Assembly (NCBI RefSeq): GCF_009834535.1
Contig: NC_045696.1
Span: 2,172,001-2,236,000, forward strand
Direction of reading: 5' to 3'
Length of the DNA: 64,000 nt
Source of the DNA: Camelus ferus
Taxonomy: Eukaryota
Positions within the stretch are counted from its first letter, which is position 1. Each line of letters opens with the position of its first letter. The position numbers were made by a program, and so were the translations under genes. Of the stretch, positions 13,990-25,995 are shown piece by piece. The notes under the pieces are model-generated. The model searched no databases, had not been told where the DNA came from, and saw only the letters and a list, made by a program, of their open reading frames with translations.

Positions 13990-15520
13990 TGTACCAACAC
14001 GGGACGGCTGAACAGCATTTCCCAAAAACCAGGAGCGAGACAGGAACGCCTCACCGCACTTCCACCTGGCACGGCCCTGACGGGCCCGGCCCAGGCAGGA
14101 AAGCAGGAGGGCACCGTTACAGGCAGGAGGAAGAAACGAAGCCGCCACCATTCCCAGATGAAAGGGATGTCCGCACAGAAAATCCCCCAAACCTACAAAC
14201 AGAGTTTCAGAAACAGAGACTGGCAAGGTGGCCAGCTGTCAAACCGATTCCCCAAATCAACTGCGTTTCTGTTCAGCACCGAGAATCAGAAACATTTTAA
14301 AATAAAAAATAAAAAATTTAAATACCACTTAAGAAAGCAACAAAAATACTAAGGACAGCTGGGAATAAACGTGCCCGTGGGGTGCAGGGCAGCCTGTGGA
14401 ACAGGGCACATGGAGCCTCGTCGGACGCCGTCTAAAAGCTACACTGACGGAGGCAGACTGCAGGTTCACAGCAGGAGGACTTCAGCCGTAAAGATGAGAG
14501 CTCCCCTCAGCGGGTCCGCAGGATCCGTACAGCTTCATTCCAAATCCTGACAAAGGTTTCCATGAATGTGACAAACCGTTTAAACGCGCACACAGAAAGG
14601 CAAAAAGCAAGAAGCAGCGGGCGGGGGGCGCCCGGCGGGACAGAGAGCCGAACGGAGGGGACTGGGCCTGTGGCTGCAGTGGCATCTGGGGCCGGCAGGG
14701 AAGGAGGGCCGACTCGCTGAGGACAGGAGGCAGGACTCCTGTTACGGGCAACGCCTCTTTTGAGCGCCGCTAAGAAGCTCCTCCCGCCCTGGGCTCGCTG
14801 GCGCATTCTGTGTTTCCTTCCAGAAGTTGTGCGGTTTGCTTTCCACACTGAAGCCCTGAGTCCCCCAGGAGTGGACTCTGTGTGGTGGCAAGTAGGGGGC
14901 CTCTGTCCCCACATTATTTTATGGCATTACCCGTAAAAGAAAAAAGCCAAATTCTACATTAAATTAAGAATTTCTATTCGTCAAAATTAAGTAAAGTAAA
15001 AAGACAAGACGTGGCTAGGAAAGGCGCCAGACACACGCGTTACGACAAAGGACCCAACCTGAATGTGTAAGAAGGCACGGCACCTAGAGCTACAGGGCAC
15101 ACGTGAGACAAGGCTCCCGCCCAGCCGGAGGGGGCGAAGGAGCACGCGGAGGAGCGCGCGCATCTAGGTGAGCACGGGAGCTGCCCGGCTGCACTGGGCA
15201 GGGGTGTGGAGCAAGGCCACAGTCACGTATTTTGCATCCATTCTATTCGCAAAAATTATTGCCAACACCATGTGCTGAAGAGCACGTGGGTCCACTTACA
15301 CACTAGGGGTGGCTGTGTAGTCCGGGGCCATCATTCTGGGAAACAGCCCAGGATCACCGTGTAAATTCTAACCCACCTGGACCTGCCCGCCCAGCGGTCC
15401 ACTCTGAGCACACCCGAGGGCCGCACGACTCTACTAGTGAACCAGGAGGGTGGACGCAGAACGTTCCACCTGCCTTCTGGTAAATGTACGGGTGCATTTG
15501 GTAAACATTATTTTTTGCAG
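13990..15520 (+). mobile_element. Heavily GC-shifted L1 ORF2 and 3' fragments
   Basis: Frame EEETKPPPFPDERDVRTENP resembles EEIKLSLFADDMIVYIENP. Later fragments such as attaaattaagaatttctattcgtcaaa are also L1-like. Confidence 0.6.
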
Positions 15521-16206
15521 ATTCCATCCTCACATGGCTCTTAGGGCCTCCGACCTGTACACGGAGACCTAGGAGCTCTTGCATTCCTCAACAGACGCTG
15601 CTCTGGGTTCTACCTGCCCTTCCCCTCCGCCAGCTCCACGGACCCACCCTGCTCCCAGCAGCCATGCTTCAGACGCAAAAGACAGTTGTATCAGTTTTCA
15701 CCTGTACACAGAGTCTTGGGTTTCTGTTCTTTGCTTTTCCCACACATTTTGAAAGTGCCCGCTTTGTCCTCATTAAATTGGCTCACTTTATTTTGAAAAT
15801 TAAATAAGCATTTTAGACCAGAAATTGTAAAAATAGTAGCCCACAGGCTAAATCCAGGCAGGAACATTTTTCATTTGCCTGCACAGTTTGTTAAAGATAA
15901 GTAACTGCATATAAAGATCCAGATTTCTGACTTGTCTCAGCAGACCAAAGACCTAGTGACTCTGCTCCCCTCCCCGCCTGGCATGTCGGCTGGGGGTCAG
16001 AGGCTGGGGGTCAGAGGTGGGGGTCAGAGGTGGGGGTCAAGCACGACCCACCCGAAAGAAGAGGCGCTCGGGCATCACTCACGTTCACACGGCCACCCCT
16101 GCCTGGCACCTGTCGGATCTGCGTTTACAACTTTCACACATAGCTTTTGTTTACCAAAAAAGAAATATTTATACCCAAAACATTTATACCCATTAAAATT
16201 TAAAGA

Positions 16207-16342
16207 TGGTGGGTACAGCTCAAGTGGTTGAGTGTGTGCTTAGCATGCAGGAGGTCCTGGCTTCAATCCCCTGTGTGTTCATTAAAAAAATAATAATAAT
16301 TAAATAAATAACCCTAATTACCTCAAAAAAAAAAAAAAAAAA
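16207..16342 (+). mobile_element. Vic-1-type tRNA-Ala-derived SINE
   Basis: A-box/B-box-like tRNA head, AATA-rich segment, ccctaattacctc, poly(A). Confidence 0.85.
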
Positions 16343-17296
16343 GGAGGAACAGAAATGTCAGTGCAAAGCAGCAGGGCCCCGGAAAACGCCCTGCTCGCCT
16401 GGAGCCCGGACCACGCTTTCCTCACAAATGTTCTGGAACTTCAGTTCCCATGGGAAGTGCCTGGGCTCAGGAAGCTGAAGACAGGCCCATGTTCTGGTCT
16501 CTGCTGGAACCCAGGAGCCCTCCGCCTCTCTCTGTGGCTGGACCAGCTCACCCCTGTCACACAGAGAGCCGAAGTAACACCTACTGGCCCCGCCAGGACC
16601 TCAAACTAAACCGGGGCGCTGCCCGGGCTCAGGACTGTTGGCGGTTTGGGATTAATTTACTGTCCTTCTGCTGGTGTGGGTTCCAAGTCACTGAACTCTT
16701 GTCTCTGAGGCCATCATGGACCCTGCACACTCAGACCCCCCACAAGAGGGAACCTGCCATGGGGGCATGTCCCTGCCACCCTCCAGCCTCACCCGGGGCG
16801 GGGAGGGCGGGGAGCTGAGGGACAGGGGCTCCTGGCGGGGGGACCCCAGGAGGAGGCTTCCCCAGAGCTGCCTCTGAGGCCCAAGGCCAGCCTCCTGCCC
16901 TCCCCACTCCGCAGCCCCTCGCCCGGGGGGTCGGACCACCTCCTCCTGTGCCTCCGCAGCCCCTCCCGGCAAGCCTCCCACACGCCCTGCACCCCGCGCC
17001 TCGGCACCTCCTTCCCAAGTGACCCGGACTGATGTCAGCTTCATTCACCAACAACTTGCCTCTTGTCTTCGTTTGGCAAGAATCACTGCTGGCAAGCCAT
17101 ACTTTGCAAGGTACACCCATTGTTTAATTTCTCTCTAAACACGAGGATTATGCGCGACTTCCTAATACAAGGTACACCTGCTCACTGGTTCAGTCACTCT
17201 CACTCCAGTCAGCTAGGACCACGGCCTAAGTAGAAATCTCTGCAGGAAAAGCACAACCCAACAGCAGCACGTGCTCCATATTGACAGTCGGTAGCC

Positions 17297-17440
17297 GGGG
17301 GAGGGCACAGCTCAGCGGCGGAGCGTGCGCTCGGCACGCACCAGGTCTGGGTCCAACCCCCAGCACCTTCATTAAAAATAAATAAATAAATAAACCTAAT
17401 TACCGCCCCCCGCAAAACAAACAAAAAATAAACCAACAAA
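17297..17440 (+). mobile_element. Vic-1-type SINE, GC-shifted copy
   Basis: gggggagggcacagctcagcggcggagcg...(aaat)n aaacctaattaccgcccccc followed by an A-rich tail. Confidence 0.85.
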
Positions 17441-20400
17441 AGAGTCAACAGACAGCTCTTCCCTTCACTCCCACCGAGTCTCAGACGAAAAGCCGGGCAC
17501 AGGCGAATCTGCATACGCTGAGTTTACCCCCAGCCTTCCCCAGACACCATCGCGCCAGCACGGACCTGTTCCCAGCACCCTAGGGGGATTTCTGAACCCC
17601 AGTCACCAAGTCCAGCTTCTACAAGTAAAAAGGCTTGTCATGACTACTTCCGTGAAGTCAGTCACCGAGTTTCTGTTTTAAAGGTGAAGATTTTCATACA
17701 TTGATTGGGCTTTTTGAGTGTTGAGCTGGTTTGGATTCAATCAGACCTCTATTCGAAATCAAGATTCATGGCTTTCCCATCTCAGTTTCTCCACCTGTGT
17801 AACAGGGCAGCACCCGTCCTTCCAGGGCTGTTCTGAGAAGCAGACAACATAACGAGCACACGCAACGCCCCACAGAGATGCAGTCATTGCAGCTGCTGTC
17901 ATAAAACTCGAAGCAGGGACACGTTTAATGTCAGTATCTACTTAGAAAGTTTCAGGTCAGCAAACGATGGGATGAAAAGAGCCAGCGTTCCTGCAGCTTC
18001 GGGATGCAGGCCCCTCCCGCCGAGCCCCCGGGTGTGTGACCCTCAGGCTCACAGGCGCCCTGAGAGCAGATCTGGGTGGAGGAGCTCCCCGCTCTCCCCG
18101 CTGGGCGTTCTGCGGGCTCTGGGACTCCTCTCTGTCCCTCCCGTCACTGATTCCATCCCCCACCCACTTTCAGAAAGGAACTGAGAGGAGCCACATCAAT
18201 GATGCATGGCCTCCCCAGGCCGCCTGGGGACAGGCCTCCGGCTGCTGGCAGGCAGCTCCCACCACGAGCGCCCAGTTCCTAGTGACGCCAAGCACTCCCG
18301 CCAGGGAGGAGAATTCTGCCTGTCACTGCTGAAGGACACGTTTCTTTCAACTTAGTAGCACTAACCTCCAAAATGTATCTTATCCGTGACCTTCTGGCTA
18401 CACTTGGGAAAAGACATGGCCATTTAAAGCCCCGTGTCCAGGGTCAAAGACTCCAGCCCTGCAGTGGGAACTCGGGCCAACTTTCCCCAGGCACCTGCTC
18501 CTCCACCTCCAAAGAGAAACCGATGCCACCCCAAGATTACCTGTGCATCAGTTTTCTCAAGCTTTGCTCCACAAAGATAATCAAAACATGATGAATTCTC
18601 CTAAATAACTAAATGAGACACTGTCCAAGGATGGACCACTAAGATGTTTCCCTAAAATGCAACATTTTGAAATCAGCAATGTAGGATTAATTTTAAGATT
18701 ATTACAAAGCGGTTTTAGGAACAACAGATGAAGTCATAGCCATTTCACTATGCAATGGGAAACAACTCGTAAAACCCCGAGCACGCCTTGCTTAACCAAG
18801 AGTAAAATCGACGGAATTTCTGAGCAATTGTTTTACAAAATTCAGTCTAACCTCGCTGTGACGTGAATTTCTCAGTGAGAAGGCTGAGCAACTGAAGGTC
18901 TCGCGTCACATAGCACAAATCAGTTAAAGAGGAACAGGCAGGTGCGGTCAGTTGCATCCAATGCTTGGCTCTCTACGTATCAATCGGCCACAACTTGCAT
19001 GGTAAAATATTAAGAGTGTTTGACAAAGCCCAAGAGAAGGAAGAAACAGGGGAGCAGAAGCCACTGCTTTTCCACAGGTGGATTCTGACTGAGACAGAGA
19101 CTAGCTGCTAACGGCGAGCCCGGGCCCCTAACCGGCACCGTAAACGCCTTCTTGTGTCTCCCACGCCAGGTCGGCTGGAGCCGATGGCAGTTGTGTGCTT
19201 TGGGGTCAAATATGATTGGAAAAGTTAACCCCACCTCCCCCACCCCCAGGAAAACGCAGTAAATTTGGCTCTTCTCAGACACAATTTCTATGTCTCATGT
19301 TCCCTGTTTATAAGGATTTCAACATTTGATTTGACCAGAGATAAAGGTTTACAGAGTTTGAGCTGAATGAGGGGAGAAGATTGGAGTCCATGGATCTTAG
19401 TTTAAATCCTGGCCATGCCGATTTGTGACCGAACCTTCAGGAGGTAACTAACCTCTGTGTTTTCCCAGGTTGAAGTGTCATCCGAGGTGACCCACGTCCA
19501 GGACTAACCCTGTGTATGGAGACCCACTGCCAGTGAACACGGAAACAGAAGTAAAAGAGGGCAGACCAGGTCACTCTGGCAGATACGCATTTTCTAACAT
19601 CCAAAAGAAACACGGACTCTTAGTTTGCCTCCCCAGCCGGGCCCGCAGACGGGTGTGCAGCACAGGAACACCAGCAGGCTGGCCTGGGCGCAGCAGTAGC
19701 CCCTGGAAGCCACACCCTGGCAGCTCAAGGAGCCCTCCCCCAACTTCCTTACCATCCCACGACACCGACTTGCCCCTGCAAACTCCCCAGGCTGCTGCTA
19801 AGCCTCAGATCACTGGGCAGTGATGTCTGGGCAGAGTCCCACTTGGGTAGGGTGACCAGCACCCTCCAGCCAGCACAACCAGTCTGGGTGCGTGGGAAGT
19901 CTGGTTCAAAACATTAAGGCACCTGCCCCTTCCGAGGCCAAGAAGAGGCCCTGTGTGTTCTGACCGCCAATCACATGTCCGTACATTCTGAATGTCAACC
20001 ACGGGTGTGTAAGAATCTCAATCACATGTAACTTCCTTTTTTTAAAACAATGTAATCAAGAAGATGCCCTGAGTGACTGAGAAAAGGATACAGAAGTGAG
20101 TTGTAACAGCCTAACTCCTAAACTTTGAGGGAAGGGGGGGCGGGGTCAGGATTATCTAGAAAGGGGGAGGTGGCAGTCAGGAAATGATCAAATTAGAGAA
20201 TGTTCAGAATCTCACTGAGACCCCTCAGGAAGTTTTTAAATGGAAAAAACATTGATTAGCAATCCCTAAAAGAATATCATGGCCCTGCAGAGCTCTAATT
20301 TAAAGCATGTTGGGGACTTCCTGGTTTAGTCCCTCAGCACCAGCCAGGTGTTCGCACCAGCACACTGTCATCCCCCACCAGCCCCACCACTGGTGGGGCT

Positions 20401-20635
20401 GGCTCTCTGGGCAACTGTCACCCTTGACATGGGTGGTACCACTCATTCCTGTCTGCCTCAAGGGGAACAGCCCTCATTTCCCCTTCTCATAAGATCATAT
20501 TTCCTACAAAAACGGACTTAATTGCTCTAGTATTCTCTTAAAGGAGACTGTTTTTAGTGTGCTTTAAAAAAAAAAAGGTTTGGGAAGTCATTTATAAAAA
20601 GCATTTTCCCTATTTCACTGAACTTCTCAAAGTTG

Positions 20636-20687
20636 AAAGGAGGGAAGGAAGGAAGGGAGGAAGGGAGGGAGGGAGGAAGGGAGGAAA
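20636..20687. repeat. Polypurine (GGAA/GGAG)n tract
   Basis: About 50 bp of pure purine, seen directly. Confidence 0.9.
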
Positions 20688-21467
20688 TCTGCACAATTTT
20701 TCAAGGTAGCTTCAACGGCTCATCACCCTCTTTTCCTGAGACCCTTGGAATCCCAGGTTCCCGGGTCCTCCAGGCGGCCCTGGGGGTGGAGGTGGCTTTC
20801 CTCCTAAGGGGCTCCTAGGTTATTGACTGACCCCATCACCTGACTGGAACCGTGGAGATTCACCGTCGGCCTTTGGTCCAGACGCCAAAGTCAAATCTGG
20901 AGAGTCAGCACGCACCCCCTTGCAGTCCCGCCTGCAGCCCTCCCTCTGGGCTGAGCAAAAAGTGAAACTAGACCGTGGCCGCAGCGCGCAGGGTCGGGGG
21001 CGCGCGGGGCCCTCGGTCCCAGCGCCCCGAAGGCGGGCGAGGGGCGCGTATGTCCTCGGGGAGCAGCGGGCCTGCGAAAGTCCTTGGGGAGCGGGCGGCG
21101 ATGTCGCCCCTCGCCCAGCCCGGTCGCCCGGCGGCCCGCCCGCCCCTCCCGGGCGCCCCTGCCCCGGCCGCGCGCAGCCCGGGCCCAGCGCGCCCGGCTG
21201 CAGCGCCCCAGGCGGGCCGGCAGGGACGCGGACCAGGCCTGGGCCTGGCCGGACGGGACCCCGGGGAGGCCGGGAGGGAGCCCGGGGCCCGCGGACCCCA
21301 GCCCCCGTCCGCCCGCAGGCCTCCCGCAGGAGGAGCGCAGCCGGCCCACTGCGGCGGCGCGGGGCCCGGGTCGCGGTGGGGGTGGTGACAGGGGCAGTGG
21401 GGAGGGTCCCCGACCTCCGGCGGCGGGGAGGGGAGGGGGCCGACCTCGCGGGGGCCCCGCCGCTCAC

Positions 21468-21660
21468 CTGCAGCCGCCGCCACCTGCTCTTCGCGCGCGT
21501 GGCCCCGGCGTCGCCTCCGGGCCGCTCCGGCCGCCGCGCTCCGGCCCTGGGCGCGCCCGGCCCTGCGTCGGGCCTCAGCGAGTGCGGCGCCCGCCGCCCC
21601 CGGCCCCCATCCCGCCCCGCCCGGCCCGCCGCCCTCCGCCCTCGGCCGCGCCGCCCCGCC
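21468..21660 (-). other. AGPAT3: Non-coding first exon (5' UTR) of probable AGPAT3; coding exons lie beyond the left end of the window
   Basis: Lies in a CpG island and ends in a consensus donor CAG|GTGAGC (GT at 21467-21466). Minus-strand text ...GCCGCACTCGCTGAGGCCCGACGCAGGGCCGGG...GGAGGCGACGCCGGGG...GAGCAGGTGGCGGCGGCTGCAG matches my recollection of the human AGPAT3 mRNA 5' end (not database-verified). The TSS position is approximate. Confidence 0.75.
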
Positions 21661-21708
21661 ACTTCCTGTGCGCGGCGATCCCACAGTTCCGCCGGCGCGC
21701 GGGGTGGC

Positions 21709-21860
21709 GGGGACACGCGGGGGGACACGCGGGGGGGCGACAGGGGGACACGTGGGGGACACGCGGGGGGGCGACAGGGGGACACGGAGTCCGGCAGGGG
21801 AAACACGCTAGGGGCACACTCGGGGGGGGGGGGAGGTTGGGGGGAACACGTGGGGGAGAT
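21709..21860. repeat. G-rich minisatellite (GGGGGACACGY-like ~11-12 bp units; 34-bp higher-order duplication at 21721-21786)
   Basis: Units read directly; they decay towards higher coordinates. Confidence 0.85.
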
Positions 21861-24800
21861 ACGCCAGGGGGACTGGGAGGTACAGCGGTTCAGCGGGGGT
21901 GGGGGACACGAGGCACCAGGGGACAGGGGACGCGGTAGGAGAACAAGGGGACACCCGGGGTGGGCGGCCTGGCTGGGGTCCAGAAACGGACGCGGCTGGA
22001 GGATCCGGCGAGCTTGGAGCCAGAAGCACGTGGGGTGCGGGCTCAGCTAGGTGAGTCTAAGGAGGGATTGGGGGTGCAGGGAGGGGGTCTGGCTGGGGAC
22101 ACAGACGGGGGACTGGACGTAGGGCCAGGGGCACTGCATGGAGGCGGCGAGTCACAGGGCTGGGGAGGGCAGTGGGGACCGCCCAGAGCCCTCATCTCTT
22201 CAGAGCCCCCTCTGCGGGCACTTGGGGGTGTTCCCCGGCGTGAGATTCCCCCAGTTCATGTTACTGTCCGGGGTTACTCGGGGGTTGGGGGGTCCTGGGG
22301 AGCCACCGGTCCACGCGGGGATCAGGAACCAACCCCGTCGCCCTTTGACTTATTTATAGTTGGCACCCGGCAACATTGTATCCTACTTGACCCTGGAGGA
22401 AGCCTCCCGAATTGGGGGTATGGGGTTCCCGGAGGTTGAGGGGAGGATTGTCGCCCTGAACCGGCCTCCTAGCCCCACCCCTCCCCTGTGGTCAGTAACC
22501 ACTGCCCCTCCTGGAAGAGAGTCATCAGAGCCGCGGAACAGGGCTGCCTGCATCGCCCATCAGGCACCCGGGGAGCGGCCAGGGAGGGCTGTCCTGCCAC
22601 TGGATTGTTAAGGATGACGGAGGGCCATCTCCGCTCTCCTGCCTGCTCCCTGCCTCCGTGGGACCTGCGCCTGCTCAGGCCCTCAGGTCCAAGCTGGACC
22701 TCCTGCACTTGGATGAGTTTCATCCCAAAGCTATTTAAAATACCAGGTGCTGTCACTCTCTGCTGTGCCTTATTTTAAGCCTCCTCAAATTATTTCAGAA
22801 AACACCTAGACTAAAATAAAATAAACATACCTGCACCTGTTTTACTCACAATTCTCTTACCCTTGAAAAAGAAGACATGGTTTGCAATGTTCGTGTAAAG
22901 TCCCTATTTGTAAGATCGTGGACTTTTCACTGCCACTGCAGTCATGTAAATCCTACAGACAAATTCCCATAGCCACCTGCAGATATGGACACAGATGTTC
23001 TGACTCACAGCACGCATTTACCCTAAAAACCCTGAAACAACCAACAGATGCCCCATTAAATAAACTAGGCTATTCATTTAATGATATTTTTATTTTAAAA
23101 CATTTAAAAATTATTGTAGTAATCCTATGCATGCTATTACATAATTTCTGAGATTTTTCAAGTTAAAATAAAAAACAAAGAGAAGCTGCAGAGCCATGGG
23201 TATGCAATGAACCTCTTTCTGTATTTAAAAGCAACATCTGCACATCCACACCCAGGAAAGTCCTGGAAGGACAAACATGAGACTCTTGTTGGCTGGGCAA
23301 GGTAAGGGGACCTTCTACTGTGTGCTAAGTGTATCAATACGCACTCACTTTGTAATTACTTTTTTTAAACTGATAAAAACGCACCTCATCACTGAGCTTT
23401 CCAGTCAGCGCCAAATACTATCTTTGTCTCAACAGCATAAAGTGTCAGCAATCTAATCCAGACTTGGTTTAAATCTGTGATCTTCAGACCTCAGCTGAGC
23501 AGAAACGTGCTCTGGAAAAGCAGGTCTGAACATATAAACAGAGTAAACACAAAAAGGGAACTTGGAAGCCAGCCCAGCAGCCCTTGACTGCTTCCTGGGC
23601 CCACGTGCTAAGATGACGGGAGATGTGGTCACTGCTAAGATTTATTGAGGGCTGTCACACGAGTGTGTTCTTTCAGCTGCTTATCTAAACAGGCCGTGAG
23701 GTAGAGATGATTGGCATCCCATTCTACATTTGCAGGAAACGAGGCACAGCAAACTCCGTAACTTCCACCATCAGTGTACAGCCCACCCGCCCCGGCTGCA
23801 GGGCTGGAGCCTCTCACGCCCCAGGCAGGACGTTTCCTTGCAAGGAGAGACACTCACGTCCCAGCCTGCTGAATTAAAATGGGGAACGGACAAGCCTACC
23901 TGCAGTGCTACTTGGCACAGGGAGGGAGTGAGGGGATTTCTGCCATGAAGGAACCAAAGGCAAGTGGGGTCTCTGTACCTGCCAGGAGCGTTTGCTCAGC
24001 CCTGGGAGAGGGACTCCACTCTGCTCATTATTGGTTCTCATTCTCAGGACAAACTTGCTGGCATCCCATTTCATAGACAAGTAAACCAGAGCCTGAGAGG
24101 AGACCCCAAGATGGAAGGGCAGCCAGCTGCCCACTTCCAAGACCAGGAGGGGTCTTTCCAGCCCTGAGACACTCACCGGGAACTTGCCCGTCAAGCCCTG
24201 CTCAGGTGCGCGGAGTACAGGCGTGAATCCCGGGAGGGGCCCGTCCAGCTGGCCGGTGGCTCCTAGGGCAGTAGGACACAGACATCTGGTTGTTGCCACT
24301 GCCTGGAGGAGCTGGGAGCCAAGGCTTAGAGCCAACCTCTGACCTTGAACAAGGACATGACCCCTTGGGGTCTTAGTTTCCTTTTCCGTAAAACAAGGAG
24401 ACTCCTACTTGCACTTCCGTGATCCCCAAGTGTGTGCCGGGGAGCACAAGCCTTGGGGATACTTCAGGCATTTTTAGAAGTTTAAGGCAAAACTTCCTAT
24501 CTACCCAAAATGTAGAAATTTACCAGCACTTAAGATAATGACTTTGCTGGAAACGTATTAACTCCTGCACGTTAACACACTCTCCAGTGGGTAAGTGATG
24601 CAGGTTCCTGTTTAACACGTAGGAGGGAACCACGATAAGTGCAGAATTTCAGAAGACAGGTTATTTTAAATATATTCAATATACATAGTATTTTAAACAT
24701 AGGCTCTACAAGGGCAAAAGTCACAAAAGGGTTTTTCTTACCAGGACACGCTGAGACCCATCCTCGAGGTGCCGCTGAGAAACTGAGCTCGGCCTACAGG

Positions 24801-25689
24801 TGCAGAGTCAGACAAGACTGTTGCCGTCCATCAGACATTCGAGTGTCAGTGGAGAATACAATACAGGGGGCACAGGGAGAAGCTTGGCCTGACCAGCCTG
24901 CAGATCAAAGTCAAGTTCACAAGAGCAGTGAAGCCAGCGCCCGGCCCAGGACAGACCTCGTCCTGCACACAGGGAAGACATGCCTGCGGGGGTGAAGTCC
25001 TGAGTTTGAATCCTGCACCTCAGAAGAGCGTGAGGGCAGTGTGGTTGGCCAGGTGTGAAAGGCAGTGGCTGCTGTGTGTGGCTGTCCTATAAGGGGGACT
25101 GAGCACCTGCGACCTGAGCACAGGGCTGGCTCCAACAAGAGCCGTGGAACTATTAGCTACGGACTGTAGGAAGCATCTTTGTACAGAGCCTCACGGGAGA
25201 GACATGGGAAACAGAAGCGGGGCAGCTGGGCCAGAAAGCAGGCCAAGGGGCAGAGACAGGGAGGCCCAATCGGGGCTTCCCAGGTGCCAGCCAGTCGGAG
25301 CGGGCTGGGTACCAGGACATGTCTGCCCATGGCCCAGCATCCTATGGGGCAGTCTTTGCTCTGAGCGTCAGTCAGATGCATCGAGGTCTGAGGCTTTGCC
25401 TGCCCAGTCCTGCCTCCCTTTATCTTTCACAGGTGCTACCATGGCCCCAAACCCCTTGCACCCCAACCCCACTCAGTGTGGTCTGCCCAAAGGCCCCACT
25501 CCACCCAGGGACCTGGCCACCACACCTCACTTAGAAATGCTACTTGCCCAGGGCACCTGCGAGGTCTGCAGCCTGATGGAAGGAATTTTCACAGACTGGA
25601 GTATGGGGAAGCCCCCAGCTTGTGCATGATTTGGCCGGTACTTGATGGATCTTGCATCAAACATCTGCTTTAACCATGAAAGAAAATGA

Positions 25690-25995
25690 AGCGTTATTCG
25701 GAAGTGGAGGATGTCTGCTCCAAAGACAGGGGTAAACGCTAGTGCTCCTTCAGAGATCAGGCCCCCCCGGAAGCCGAGGCCACCTGACTCGCTGTGTATG
25801 TGCTGATCTGTCTCTTCTGAAGCCTGGAAGGAACGTACCCCTGTCATGTTTGATATTTGTTCTCTGTTCTGACAAGGTGCAAAACTGCCGAACGCCGTGC
25901 TTCCTGCCTCTGCGCAGGTGGCCCTCCTGGGCTGTAGTTCTCGGTTTGGGTCCAGTAAAACTTCTGTTGTTGTTGTAGATTGTTTATTGATTAAT
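25690..25995 (+). mobile_element. ERV1-type LTR fragment (MER34/MER39-like)
   Basis: tgtcatgtttgatatttgttctctgttctgacaag...gctgtagttctcggtttgggtccagtaaaactt resembles ERV1 LTR R/U5 text. Confidence 0.5.

Larger units (their letters stand above)
1..21467 (-). other. AGPAT3: Intron 1 (partial) of the minus-strand gene
   Basis: Downstream of the exon 1 donor, repeat-rich, and no recognisable coding exon found. Confidence 0.65.
20900..22050. promoter_or_regulatory. CpG-island promoter, TATA-less, with ETS site and GC boxes
   Basis: Very high GC and dense CpG. ETS-type ACAGGAAGTGG on the minus strand at 21659-21669. Several CCCCGCC(C) Sp/KLF boxes at ~21595-21660. Confidence 0.9.

Noticed and set aside
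13148..14011. 287-aa ORF
   Set aside because: No recognisable domain, and its distal half overlaps an antisense GC-shifted L1 fragment.
20820..22050. Long overlapping ORFs (376, 328, 284, 264 aa) on both strands
   Set aside because: Low-complexity Arg/Gly/Pro/Ala frames caused by stop-codon scarcity in a CpG island. They run through a splice donor and a minisatellite.
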